DNA from: Sedimentisphaeraceae bacterium JB056
GTDB lineage: Bacteria > Planctomycetota > Phycisphaerae > Sedimentisphaerales > Sedimentisphaeraceae
Length of the DNA stretch: 64,000 nt
Assembly: GCA_044440125.1 (NCBI GenBank)
Contig: JBITAJ010000017.1
Location: 64,001 to 128,000, forward strand
Direction: 5' to 3'
Shown here piece by piece: positions 1 to 9,912 of this stretch; the first letter of the stretch is position 1; each line of letters opens with the position of its first letter. Made by a program: the position numbers and the translations under genes. The notes under the pieces were generated by a model. It had not been told where the DNA came from, did no database searches, and saw only the letters and a list, made by a program, of their open reading frames with translations.

Positions 1-264
1 TATGTAGGTTTGAGCCTTCGTGTGCTGCAGAAGAGATTTCATAAGGTAAAGGGCAGATCTTTGAGGGATGAATTCAAGCGGGTTCGTCTTTCGGAGATAA
101 CCAAGCTGCTCAGAGAAACACGGCTTACTGTTTCACAAATTGCATTAAGCCTTGGTTATTCAAATGATCATAATCTGGCGAGATTTTTCAGTAAAGAAAT
201 GGGGCTCTCGCCGTCTGAATACAGAAAAAAATATTCAAAAGTAGTAGTTGATATCGAAGAATAA
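1..264 (+). CDS. AraC/XylR-family transcriptional regulator, C-terminal HTH (5'-truncated by window edge)
   Basis: Frame open from base 1; AraC second-HTH signature LLRETRLTVSQIALSLGYSNDHNLARFFSKEMGLSPSEYRK. Confidence 0.9.
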   Translation, partial: YVGLSLRVLQKRFHKVKGRSLRDEFKRVRLSEITKLLRETRLTVSQIALSLGYSNDHNLARFFSKEMGLSPSEYRKKYSKVVVDIEE

Positions 265-512
265 GACTTCAATATCAGGCTTGTAATTTACATGTCGCAA
301 TGTTGTTTTTTTACCATTATACCGAAAGAAAGGCGGATGAAATGAATCTACAAAAACCGAAAATGGCGGAATTACCTGCTAAACTGGCGTTTTAGTTTTA
401 TGCTTTAAGAGTTAATATGAACAGTCATCGGTCTTTGATTGTTTTTACAGTCTATGGCCGAGCTTAACAGGGTTACCTGTTTTGAGAAGAGTTTGATACT
501 CCGGGAAATGTT

Positions 513-2003
513 ATGGAATTTAATTTAGGATTTTTAGATACATCGATATTATTTTTATATGCTGCGATTCTTGTTGGCATGGGTGTTTATTATTGCCGTA
601 AAACCAAAACTGCTGATGAGTTTATGGTAGCCGGCAGGTCTATACCGGCATGGGCTGCGGGTATTGCTGTTATGAGTGCTTATACCAGCAGTATTTCGTA
701 TATTGCAGTGCCGGGCAAGGCGTATGACAGCAACTGGCATCCGCTTGTCTTTGTTTTGTGCATACCGCCGGTTGCGTGGCTCGTGACCAAGTATGTGATT
801 CCTTACTACAGGCGGGAAAAACTGATTTCTGTCTTTTCTTTTCTTGAAGGTCGTCTTGGTCCGTGGGCCAGAATATACGCTGCATTATCTTTTGTAATTT
901 ATATGATCGGAAGGGCTGCGGTAATTATATATCTTGCGAGCTTGCTTTTGACGACATTTGTGCCGTGGGATATCCGCTGGGTCATAATCGTGATCGGTAT
1001 AATAACAGTGGTTTACACGCTTCTTGGTGGTATGGAGGCCGTTATCTGGACAGATGTTATGCAGTCTATAATAATGGTTGGTGGCCTTGTATTCTGCGTT
1101 GTAATGCTTAGTAAAAGTGTCTTGAGCGGTTCGGAGCCTTTAATTAATAAGGCCGTGGAAGCCAATAAATTTGCTCTTGGCGAATGGGATTTCTCTTTCT
1201 CATCTCGTACGGTATGGGTGATGATAATTTACAGCCTTACTGAAAATTTAAGAAATCTGGTTGCCGATCAGAATTACGTGCAGAAATATTGTTCGGTAGC
1301 GGATGAAAAAGCGGCCAAGCGTTCACTCTGGATAAGCATGGCGATTTATATTCCGCTTACTCCGGTATTCCTTTACATTGGAACCGCATTGTTCTCATAT
1401 TACGGTGGTGATGGGAATGTGCTTCCGGCAGAGATAACAAAGGGCGATCAGGTGTTCCCGTATTTCATCGCTACTCAGTTGCCTATCGGTATTAAGGGGC
1501 TGATGATTGCTGCCATACTTGCTGCGGCTATGAGTACTATAGACTCAGCCTTGAACTGCTCGGCGACTGTTTTATTTATCGACTTTATGAAGAGATTTTT
1601 CGCTCCAAATATAGGTGAGCGTCAGAGTGTTAATTTCCTCAGGCTGATGACTGTGGTATGGGGTATTTTAGGCATCGCTTTTGCATTGCTTATGATAAAG
1701 GCTCGCAGTGCACTTGAAATATGGTGGCAGATATCCGGTATATTCGGCGGCGGTATCCTCGGCTTGTTCATACTCGGATTCTGCAGAAGCAAGCTTAAGT
1801 TGTGGCAGGGGCTTGTGGCGATACTTGTCAGTATCGTACTTATATCGTGGATAACTTTCGGACAAGGTTTTGATGGGTCTATGGAGTGTCTGAAATGCTC
1901 GCTTGATCCTATTATGGCGGGTGTGGTTGGTGTTGTAAGCCTTGTGATAGTTGGTTTGCTGTTTGGCTTTTTCAATAAGAAGGTTGGGGAGGTGACAGCA
2001 TGA
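513..2003 (+). CDS. Sodium:solute symporter (SSS family, SiaT-like sugar/sugar-acid transporter)
   Basis: ~13 hydrophobic segments; SSS motifs FMVAGRSIPAW, YTLLGGMEAVIWTD, DQNYVQKY, AAAMSTIDSALN. Confidence 0.92.
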   Translation: MEFNLGFLDTSILFLYAAILVGMGVYYCRKTKTADEFMVAGRSIPAWAAGIAVMSAYTSSISYIAVPGKAYDSNWHPLVFVLCIPPVAWLVTKYVIPYYRREKLISVFSFLEGRLGPWARIYAALSFVIYMIGRAAVIIYLASLLLTTFVPWDIRWVIIVIGIITVVYTLLGGMEAVIWTDVMQSIIMVGGLVFCVVMLSKSVLSGSEPLINKAVEANKFALGEWDFSFSSRTVWVMIIYSLTENLRNLVADQNYVQKYCSVADEKAAKRSLWISMAIYIPLTPVFLYIGTALFSYYGGDGNVLPAEITKGDQVFPYFIATQLPIGIKGLMIAAILAAAMSTIDSALNCSATVLFIDFMKRFFAPNIGERQSVNFLRLMTVVWGILGIAFALLMIKARSALEIWWQISGIFGGGILGLFILGFCRSKLKLWQGLVAILVSIVLISWITFGQGFDGSMECLKCSLDPIMAGVVGVVSLVIVGLLFGFFNKKVGEVTA

Positions 2004-3067
2004 GTTTAGAATACAAAAAACAACAGCATATTGATTTCTGGAATGGTGACGGCAGTTCGCTGATATTTATTCCCACGGCACAAATGTGTCAGTACGATGT
2101 GGATGATTACGAGAGCCGGTTTAATAACCCGGATAAAATGCTTGAAGCAGAGCTTTCGCGAGCGAAGGCCGTTATCGACTGGCCCACAGACGGAATCCCG
2201 ACTGTGCGTCCTAATCTTGGTACTGTTTTTATTCCGGCGATAGCGGGGCAGAGCTATTCTATAACCGATGGGCAGATGCCGTGGCCGGGTGAATATTTCA
2301 GTATTGAGCAGATAGAGCAGATATCTGCGATTGATGTGCAGGCATCAAAGATGCTTAAGCTTGCGACTGACTTTTACGACAAGTTCAATGAGTTGGGCAG
2401 CGATGAGATTGTTGGCTATCATGCTGATACGCAGGGTGTTTATGATATACTTCACCTATTACGTGGAGATGAGTTGTTCTATGAGATGAGTGATGATAAC
2501 AGCCGAAGCAAGACTCATGAGCTTCTCAAGATTATTACGGCTTTGTATATCGAAGTGAGCAAAGCGATTAAAGAAGCTCTTGGCGAAGAATCTGGCGAAA
2601 TGACTCATGGTCATGGAACTCAGCAGGGTATGTATTTTCCAAATGCCGGAGTAAGGCTTTCTGAGGATACGCCGACTTTACTTTCGCCTGCTATGATAGA
2701 CGAGTTTGTGTTGCCGTATATGCGTGAATCTGCTGAGCCTTTTGGCGGGGCGTTTGTGCATTATTGCGGCAAGCATGAGTATCTTTATGAAAAGATACTT
2801 GAGTGTGATTTTGTCAGGGCTATCGATTTGGGTAACCCTGAAATGTATGATACGAAATGGCTCCTTGAAAAATGCTCTGCAACCGGCACAGTCTTTTATG
2901 GTAGGCTTGCTGCTGTTGATGGCGAAAGCTGGAGCGATTATATAAAACGTTTAGCGGGGATTCTTAATGAAACCGGAGCAAGATGTGTACTCAGGCCGGA
3001 AGTGTTTCCGCTCGAAAAGAGTGAATGTGAAGATATGCTGAATATGTGGCATGAATTAACAGGTTAG
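2000..3067 (+). CDS. URO-D/MtaA-like TIM-barrel protein (divergent)
   Basis: DTQG..DILHLLRG, SED...LLSPAMIDEFVLPY, VHYCG; ATGA overlap with the symporter stop. Confidence 0.75.
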   Translation: MSLEYKKQQHIDFWNGDGSSLIFIPTAQMCQYDVDDYESRFNNPDKMLEAELSRAKAVIDWPTDGIPTVRPNLGTVFIPAIAGQSYSITDGQMPWPGEYFSIEQIEQISAIDVQASKMLKLATDFYDKFNELGSDEIVGYHADTQGVYDILHLLRGDELFYEMSDDNSRSKTHELLKIITALYIEVSKAIKEALGEESGEMTHGHGTQQGMYFPNAGVRLSEDTPTLLSPAMIDEFVLPYMRESAEPFGGAFVHYCGKHEYLYEKILECDFVRAIDLGNPEMYDTKWLLEKCSATGTVFYGRLAAVDGESWSDYIKRLAGILNETGARCVLRPEVFPLEKSECEDMLNMWHELTG

Positions 3068-3078
3068 GATTTTAATAT

Positions 3079-4218
3079 ATGACTTCTAAGGAAAGATTTT
3101 TAGCGGCAATCAACGGTGACCCTGTGGACAGAGTTGCAGTGATGCCGAAAATATGGGTAGATTTTGCTGCCTGCAATATGGGCGTAAGCCTGGTTGATAT
3201 AATAAAAGACCCTCTTCTGGCATTGAGGGTAATTGCGCAGGCTGCCAATAAACTTGGCTTTGATGCGGCAAGGCAATTTCTGTTTCCTGAGAAGAAAATC
3301 GAAGAAGCTGACGGCGTGGTGTATGAAATTGATGCTGCGGGTAAAAGGATAGGCAAGATTGATATGAGTGGAGGGCTCTCCACTTATCTTTTTGATTCGA
3401 AAGATTATAAGATTGATGATCCATATACGATTGCTTATTCCCATTCATGGTCAACGCATGAGCCGCTGGTTGAGACTGTTGAACAGGCTGAATCTATTGC
3501 TGTTCCTGACGGCAGGTTGTTTGATGAGCTTGGCTGGGGACGGATGCAGAAAGAAGTCATAGATGAGTTTGGCGAAGAACTGCTGCTTGTGGGCGATTGC
3601 GGTTCGGCTACTATGTCGTTTTATATTCACTTTCGCGGTATTGATAATGCAATGCTGGATTTGATAATGAATCCGCAACTCGTTCATGCGATGATGAACA
3701 AAGGTGCTGAGATTGCTATCGCGAAGGGTAAGTATTGGCTTGATAACGGAATGACCGTTCTCAGACTCAATGACTCAACAGGAAATATGTCGCTGATATC
3801 ACCTCAGCACTGGGATGAATTTATTTATCCATATATCGAACGTGTTTGCAGTGAATTGCATGGTTATAATAAGGATGCTAAGATTTATTGTCATATTTGC
3901 GGCAATGTTCTGCCTGTTATCGGCAGGCTTAAAGATGCCGGTCTTGATTGTATCGGTCCTCTTGATCCTCTTGGCGGGTTTACTGTTGCTCAGGCTCGTG
4001 AGGCAGCCGGAAGTTCGGTAAGTCTTATGGGCGGGGTTGATACTCTCTCTCTGCTTAACAATACTCCTGAGCAAATAAAGAAAGAGGCCAGCGATTGTAT
4101 TAAACTCAGTGGTGAGGGTGGTTATATTCTCAGCAGCGGTTGTGTTGTCCCAAGGGCTTGTCCTCCTGAGAACCTGATTGCTCTTGTTGAGGCTTCAAAA
4201 GAAAATAGTTACAGTTAA
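3079..4218 (+). CDS. URO-D / methylcobamide:CoM methyltransferase (MtaA/CmuA)-family protein
   Basis: MTSKERFLAAINGDPVDRV N-terminus; ISPQHWDEFIYPY; HICG and ILSSGC metal-ligand motifs. Confidence 0.88.
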   Translation: MTSKERFLAAINGDPVDRVAVMPKIWVDFAACNMGVSLVDIIKDPLLALRVIAQAANKLGFDAARQFLFPEKKIEEADGVVYEIDAAGKRIGKIDMSGGLSTYLFDSKDYKIDDPYTIAYSHSWSTHEPLVETVEQAESIAVPDGRLFDELGWGRMQKEVIDEFGEELLLVGDCGSATMSFYIHFRGIDNAMLDLIMNPQLVHAMMNKGAEIAIAKGKYWLDNGMTVLRLNDSTGNMSLISPQHWDEFIYPYIERVCSELHGYNKDAKIYCHICGNVLPVIGRLKDAGLDCIGPLDPLGGFTVAQAREAAGSSVSLMGGVDTLSLLNNTPEQIKKEASDCIKLSGEGGYILSSGCVVPRACPPENLIALVEASKENSYS

Positions 4219-4238
4219 TTGTAAGGAATATATATAAA

Positions 4239-5147
4239 ATGACTAACACAGAAAAATTAAAAGGTATAATACCGCCAATGATAACTCCTCTTCTCGACAG
4301 GAATACTCTCGATGTTGAGGGGCTTGAGAAGCTTGTTGAGCATATTCTTGGTGGTGGTGTTCATGGTCTGTTTCTACTTGGAACTACCGGTGAAGCGCCG
4401 AGTTTGAGTTATAAGCTGCGTTATGAGCTTATAGAAAAAGCGACAGCTTTCATTGGTTCAAGGGTGCCGGTGCTTGTAGGTATCAGCGATACGTCTTTTA
4501 CTGAGTCGGTAAATGTTGCGAAGAAAGCGGCCGATTGCGGCGCTGATGCTGTCGTGCTTGCTCCGCCGTATTATTTCACAGCCGGACAACCGGAACTTGT
4601 TGAATACGTAGAGCATTTGTGTCAGGAGCTTCCGCTTCCGATGTATTTGTATAATATGCCGGGATGCACAAAGATTAATCTTGAACCAGACACTGTTGCT
4701 GAACTTTCAAAGCTCGACAAAATCGTTGGACTTAAAGACAGTTCGGGCAATCTTACATATTTCAATACGGTCAAGACATTGCTTGCTGACAGAGATGATT
4801 TCAGCTTGCTTGTCGGCCCTGAGGAGCTGCTTGCTCAGAGCGTGCTTTTGGGAGCAGACGGCGGCGTTAATGGTGGTGCCAATATCTTCCCATCGCTTTA
4901 TGTTGAATTGTATAAGGCTTCTGTTGCCGGTGATCTTGCGAAAGTAAGAGAGCTTCATGCTAAGGTTATGCAGATCAGTACGACTATTTACAGGGTTGGG
5001 AAATATGGTTCAAGTTTCATGAAGAGCGTTAAGTGTGTCTTGAAACTTAAGGGGATATGCAGCGACTATATGGAAGAACCTTTCCATAAATTCCGTCCGG
5101 CAGAAGTCGAAAAAATCAAGCGTTTTCTTGAACAGGAAATGATTTAA
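4239..5147 (+). CDS. DapA/NanA-family class I aldolase
   Basis: LGTTGE, LYNMP, Schiff-base Lys in GLKDSSG. Confidence 0.92.
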   Translation: MTNTEKLKGIIPPMITPLLDRNTLDVEGLEKLVEHILGGGVHGLFLLGTTGEAPSLSYKLRYELIEKATAFIGSRVPVLVGISDTSFTESVNVAKKAADCGADAVVLAPPYYFTAGQPELVEYVEHLCQELPLPMYLYNMPGCTKINLEPDTVAELSKLDKIVGLKDSSGNLTYFNTVKTLLADRDDFSLLVGPEELLAQSVLLGADGGVNGGANIFPSLYVELYKASVAGDLAKVRELHAKVMQISTTIYRVGKYGSSFMKSVKCVLKLKGICSDYMEEPFHKFRPAEVEKIKRFLEQEMI

Positions 5148-5181
5148 CGCAAGTTTAAGAAAATACACAAATCTGAAAAAT

Positions 5182-5213
5182 AATGCCGGAGATACAAGTG
5201 TGTCTCCGGCATT
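5182..5213. terminator. Hairpin between convergent genes, probably a bidirectional terminator
   Basis: AATGCCGGAGATACA-AG-TGTGTCTCCGGCATT inverted repeat. Confidence 0.8.
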
Positions 5214-5219
5214 GTTTGA

Positions 5220-5954
5220 TTATAGCAATGATGCGGCAGATTTATCCAGATACATTCTGCAGCTTGGGTGTTCCTTCAGTATGCTTGCCGGTCTTTGTGG
5301 TGAGCTGCCGTCAGCGAGGGTGTCCTTGACTGCCTGAGCTTTACGTTCATCCGGTACTGTTACAATAATGTTTTTGCTTTTCATTATCTGCTTGACGCTC
5401 ATTGATATGGCCTGAGTTGGAACAGCATCAATGCTTTCAAACCAACCTTCGCCAAGCTGCTGCTGCCTGCATTTTTCGTCAAGTTCGACTACTATGAAAG
5501 GGATTTCCGTTTCAAAATCAGCAGGGGGGTCGTTGAATGCCAGATGTCCGTTTTCTCCTATGCCTACAAAAGCAACGTCAATTTCACATTCAGAAATTAT
5601 CTTGCTGAGTTTGTCACACTCTGCCTGCGGGTCAATCTCGCCATTTACAAAATGTACGTCTTTTAGTTTTTGAGGTAATTTTTCTACAAAACGTTCTTTG
5701 AGATACTTTCTGAAACTTGCCGGATGAGATTCACTCATTCCTACATATTCGTCAAGATGGAACATTGTGATTTTGCTCCAGTCGATGCCTTCAGCTTTTG
5801 TCAGGCTTGAAAGCATTTCGAATTGACTGGCGCCAGTTGCAACAATGATGCAGGCTTGGCCTTTTTCCTGCAGCGCTTCTCTAAGTTTTTCAGCTCCCGC
5901 AGCAGCGGCCGCTGAACCCATTTGTTCTTTTGTGTCGAAAATAAAGTTTTCCAT
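5220..5954 (-). CDS. nagB: Glucosamine-6-phosphate deaminase
   Basis: ATGASQ, FHLDEYVG, GIGENGHLAFNDP motifs. Confidence 0.92.
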   Translation of the reverse strand: MENFIFDTKEQMGSAAAAAGAEKLREALQEKGQACIIVATGASQFEMLSSLTKAEGIDWSKITMFHLDEYVGMSESHPASFRKYLKERFVEKLPQKLKDVHFVNGEIDPQAECDKLSKIISECEIDVAFVGIGENGHLAFNDPPADFETEIPFIVVELDEKCRQQQLGEGWFESIDAVPTQAISMSVKQIMKSKNIIVTVPDERKAQAVKDTLADGSSPQRPASILKEHPSCRMYLDKSAASLL

Positions 5955-5980
5955 TTCAGTAATCCTTGTCTGTAAAAATC

Positions 5981-6646
5981 CTATTTCATTTGTTCAAGTA
6001 CATCTTCAAGATGGTCAGAGAGTGCTTCTCTGGCAAGTTTTTTATCGTGTTTGGCAATACTTGCGGTGATTCTCAGGTGTGACGTGAGTGTAAGTTGCTC
6101 GCATTGTTCATTTTGAGTGCTTACAACTTGCAGGTATCTGTGGTATTCTTCGATAGCATCGTAAGCGGCAAGCAGGACAGGGTTGTCTGTACACTCAACA
6201 ATAAACCGGTGAAAATCCATGTCGAGTTTTAAAAACATCGCAAGGTCACTTGAGTGGTAAGCCATTTCTGATACTATGTTCTGGATATGTGATATTTGCG
6301 ATTCTGTCATTTTAACAGCGGAGATGTCAATGGCGGCAAGCTCTATTGCCTTTCTTGCGACCATCATATCGCTTGCGCATACTTTCGTGACTCCCTCCGG
6401 TAAAAGTTCCGCCGGAACATCCGAAAAGCTCCTATGGCTTATATAAACACCGCTTCCCTGTCTTGTCTCAATAAGCCCAAGTTTCTGGAGTTCTTCGATT
6501 GCTTTTCTCAAAGTACCCCTGCTTACACCAAGGTCTGTAGAAAGCTTCCTTTCAGGTGGCAGCGGTTTATTGTCTTCGTATTGTCCCGAAGCTATCATTG
6601 ATATGAGCTTTTTTACGACTCTATTTTTTAATGTATCTTTATTCAT
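5981..6646 (-). CDS. GntR/FadR-family transcriptional regulator (FCD domain)
   Basis: LPPERKLSTDLGVSRGTLRKA HTH, GSGVY, DMDFH...NPVL. Confidence 0.93.
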   Translation of the reverse strand: MNKDTLKNRVVKKLISMIASGQYEDNKPLPPERKLSTDLGVSRGTLRKAIEELQKLGLIETRQGSGVYISHRSFSDVPAELLPEGVTKVCASDMMVARKAIELAAIDISAVKMTESQISHIQNIVSEMAYHSSDLAMFLKLDMDFHRFIVECTDNPVLLAAYDAIEEYHRYLQVVSTQNEQCEQLTLTSHLRITASIAKHDKKLAREALSDHLEDVLEQMK

Positions 6647-6663
6647 AATTCAACTATTTCTAT

Positions 6664-6770
6664 ATTGGTTCTTTTAGTGTACCAATTCTGCTTGGTATTT
6701 CAAACTTTTTTATTAATTAAAGCTAAAAAATTGACATTAATCTTAGTATTGGTACAATAATAGTCCATAT
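6664..6770. promoter_or_regulatory. Sigma70 promoter of nagA plus two candidate FadR-type operators
   Basis: TTGACA (6731)-16 bp-TACAAT (6753); inverted repeat ATTGGT-N11-ACCAAT (6664-6686) and related copy ATTGGTACAATAATAGTCCATAT (6748-6770) over the -10. Confidence 0.65.
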
Positions 6771-6789
6771 TAGTGATAAGGGTTATTAG

Positions 6790-7701
6790 ATGAAGCTACG
6801 TGGATATATAGATTTACAAGTTAACGGCTACCTTGGTGTAGATTTTTCGGCATCGGATCTTACTCATGAAAGATGTGCTTACGCGTGCCGTAAGTTGCTT
6901 GACTGTGAAGGTGTTGGCGGTTTTTTGCCTACCGTTATCACAAGCCATGAGAGTGTTTACAGACAAAATCTGGCTATTTTAGCGGATATCATAGAGTCTG
7001 ATGAATTTAGCGGGAGTGTTTTGGGGATTCATGCAGAGGGGCCGTTTATCTCTGACAGACCCGGAGCAGTTGGTGCGCATAACCTAGGTTTTGTGAAAAA
7101 GCCTGATATATCTTTCTTTGATCAGATGCAGGACTGGGCAAGGGGTCACATAAAAGTTATGACGATAGCCGCGGAGGTCGCCGGAGCTCAACAGCTTTGT
7201 AAATATGCAGTAGCCAATGGAGTAGTCGTGTCTTTAGGTCACCAGCTTGCTGATGCTTCCGACTTGAAGGAATTAGCTCAGGCAGGTGCAACCTTAATGA
7301 CTCATGTTGGTAATGGTATGCCTAATATGGTGCATCGTCACAATAATTCTCTTGTTACGGCTCTTTCCATCAAAGAATTAACGGCAATGATAATAACAGA
7401 TGGGCACCATTTGCCTGCTCATGTTATAGAAGCTGTTATCAATGCCAAGGGTGTTGATAAAGTGATAATAACGAGTGATGCATCACCAATTGCCGGTATG
7501 AAACCCGGAAAGTATGATGTTTTAGGTAATTCTGCTGTTCTTGAAGAGAATGGGCTTCTCCATAATCCTGAAAAAGAATGCCTTGTTGGTTCTTCGGCTA
7601 ATATAGTCCAGTGTGTTGAATATCTAAGAAGCCTTGGCATAGTCTCGGAATCTGAAATTACGCAAATGGCAGCCTTAAATCCGGCAAAAGTTCTCGAGTA
7701 G
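6790..7701 (+). CDS. nagA: N-acetylglucosamine-6-phosphate deacetylase (short form)
   Basis: DLQVNG, GIHAEGPF, SLGH, THVGNGM, TDGHH, TSDA; divergent from regulator-nagB. Confidence 0.85.
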   Translation: MKLRGYIDLQVNGYLGVDFSASDLTHERCAYACRKLLDCEGVGGFLPTVITSHESVYRQNLAILADIIESDEFSGSVLGIHAEGPFISDRPGAVGAHNLGFVKKPDISFFDQMQDWARGHIKVMTIAAEVAGAQQLCKYAVANGVVVSLGHQLADASDLKELAQAGATLMTHVGNGMPNMVHRHNNSLVTALSIKELTAMIITDGHHLPAHVIEAVINAKGVDKVIITSDASPIAGMKPGKYDVLGNSAVLEENGLLHNPEKECLVGSSANIVQCVEYLRSLGIVSESEITQMAALNPAKVLE

Positions 7702-7759
7702 TGAAGCTACTGAAAATAGGCCTCTAAAATAGATGCTGTAAGAGCAGGTTCCTGAAAAT

Positions 7760-8176
7760 TTAATCTTCAGGGTACATAAAGTCGGGTACCCTTCTTGGCC
7801 GACCGTCATCTCCTATGCAGGCGAGAATACTTGTGCCTTCTGTAAGAACCTGTCCATCATTTTCGCGGCATAGCTTGTATTCATGAATTATCTTTGCGCT
7901 TCTAACCTGCGAACATTTTGTAGTAAGCGTAAGTTTCTCGTCATAGAATGCCGGACGACGATATTTCAGGTTCAGTTCGGCAACCACCATAGCGAATCCA
8001 GCCTGTTCAAGATCTTTGTAAGCAAGTCCATTGGCTCGCAGCAGTTCAGTGCGTCCCATCTCAAAGTAAACAGGGTAGACACTGTGATGTACTACTCCGC
8101 CCTGATCTGTTTCACAATATCTGGGTATTATTTCTATGTCAATAGATTGTATGGTCGTTTTCTCAGGAAATTTCAT
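7760..8176 (-). CDS. YbgC/FadM-family acyl-CoA thioesterase
   Basis: PRYCETDQGGVVHHSVYPVYFEMGR hot-dog fold motif. Confidence 0.9.
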   Translation of the reverse strand: MKFPEKTTIQSIDIEIIPRYCETDQGGVVHHSVYPVYFEMGRTELLRANGLAYKDLEQAGFAMVVAELNLKYRRPAFYDEKLTLTTKCSQVRSAKIIHEYKLCRENDGQVLTEGTSILACIGDDGRPRRVPDFMYPED

Positions 8177-8347
8177 TGTTGTTTATCCCGCTTTTAATGT
8201 CTTGAATTTTTGCCTTCGACAGTATAAAATACAGATAATAAAGTTCTAATCAATATAAATTTATTGGCAGTTCCATAAAACAGCAGTAAGTTTTGATGTT
8301 TATGACATTAATTTGGTTCATTTACATCATATTAAGGGATAATACAG

Positions 8348-8539
8348 ATGAGTGAAGAAAAGAAGAGTTTTTTAAAGTGTCCGAAATGCGGTACGGCGGT
8401 ATCTATCAAAAGTATCAGCGAAAAGGGGAATTTTTTTCCGTTTTGTTCCGAGAGGTGCAAGATGGTCGATCTTGGTGCCTGGCTTGATAATGATTATGCA
8501 ATAGCGGCTCAGGAACCTTTGGACAGCGATATTGAATAA
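8348..8539 (+). CDS. yacG: DNA gyrase inhibitor YacG
   Basis: CPKC...[17 protein letters not shown]. Confidence 0.93.
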   Translation: MSEEKKSFLKCPKCGTAVSIKSISEKGNFFPFCSERCKMVDLGAWLDNDYAIAAQEPLDSDIE

Positions 8540-8590
8540 AAGTTTTCGCGAAGGGGTGTAGAGAAATAAACGGTTAACGAGGAGTTTTAT

Positions 8591-9880
8591 ATGCCGGAAG
8601 ATAAGAAGTTTAGTGAGAAGGTAAGAGCAGTTGTTGACAGTCTTGATTTTATCAAGATATTCAGCTGTTTTCAAATGGCAATCAATCCAAATAAGCTTGT
8701 TATCGCCTTTCTGGTGGTGGTCTTCCTTGCTTTTTGCGGCGTGTCTTTTGATGTTTTGAGTAGTTCAGTCAAAGGCATAACATTAAAAGATGCCAAAGTC
8801 TATAATAATACGGTACTTGAGGTTTTTGATGAAGATCAGCAGAAGATAACAGAGCTTGATGTTTATAAGTCCATGCCGGAGTATATGGATAAGTTTGTTG
8901 CCGGCGGCAGTTTTGGAGATCAGGTGGGTGTTTTTGCGACAATGTACGATCATCTTGCGAAAAGCCTCAATATCCTCACCGTCAGACTCCTGAAGCTTGA
9001 TCTTGTAGGTGTTTTTGAGGAGCTTGGACAGGTTGCCATCACGTTTGACTGGGCTTTGAAGTATCATACGGTTTACACGTTGGTATACATGCTTATTTTT
9101 GTTGTGGTTATGGCTGTTGGCGGCGGGGCTATCTGTCGTGGTGCGGCTCTTGAAATATGCAAGGGAAATAAGCCCTCAATCCTCGACAATATCAATTATG
9201 GCAGAAGAAAATTCACAGACTTTCTATGCGCTCCTCTTGCTCCGATAGTTCTTGTGCTTATATTCGGTTCTGTAATATCGCTGGTAGGCTTCATTGGTAA
9301 TTTGCCATGGGCAGGCGAGATAATCATGGGGATACTTACAATCTTTTCACTTTTGATTGGATTGGTATTGGTTATGATTCTTATTGGATTTGCCGGCGGC
9401 GTTCATATGATGCTGCCTTCAATAGCCATTGAGGGGACTGATTTTAATGATGCGGTAAGTCGCGGATATTGCTATGCTTACAGTAAGCCGTGGCTTTTGG
9501 GACTCTATGGGTTTACCGGTGCAGTTTACGGGGCGATATGTTATTTGTTTGTAAGGCTTTGTGCATTTACATTGCTTCGTGTTACTTACGCTTTCATGGC
9601 TTTCGGTATTTTTGCCGACAGTCAGTCGAATGCGGGCATTGATAAGCTCAGAGCAGTTTGGCCTCAGCCGGAATTCTTTAATTTGACGGGCAAGGCCATA
9701 GCGGTGAATATCGACTGGAGCGAGCATTTCTCGCATTTGTTGGTATCGATAGCCGTTTTGATAATCAGCGGGGTTGTTTCGGCATTTATCATAAGTTTTT
9801 ATTTCAGCTGCTGCACTGTGCTGTACACGCTGTGCCGTAAGGCCGTGGACAACGACCCAATAGAGAAGATAGAAGTTTGA
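8591..9880 (+). CDS. Uncharacterised integral membrane protein
   Basis: Strong SD (GGAG); ~6 hydrophobic segments; no recognisable motif. Confidence 0.75.
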   Translation: MPEDKKFSEKVRAVVDSLDFIKIFSCFQMAINPNKLVIAFLVVVFLAFCGVSFDVLSSSVKGITLKDAKVYNNTVLEVFDEDQQKITELDVYKSMPEYMDKFVAGGSFGDQVGVFATMYDHLAKSLNILTVRLLKLDLVGVFEELGQVAITFDWALKYHTVYTLVYMLIFVVVMAVGGGAICRGAALEICKGNKPSILDNINYGRRKFTDFLCAPLAPIVLVLIFGSVISLVGFIGNLPWAGEIIMGILTIFSLLIGLVLVMILIGFAGGVHMMLPSIAIEGTDFNDAVSRGYCYAYSKPWLLGLYGFTGAVYGAICYLFVRLCAFTLLRVTYAFMAFGIFADSQSNAGIDKLRAVWPQPEFFNLTGKAIAVNIDWSEHFSHLLVSIAVLIISGVVSAFIISFYFSCCTVLYTLCRKAVDNDPIEKIEV

Positions 9881-9912
9881 TTGCTAAGACCAGAGAACAG
9901 GAGGGATGGAAT

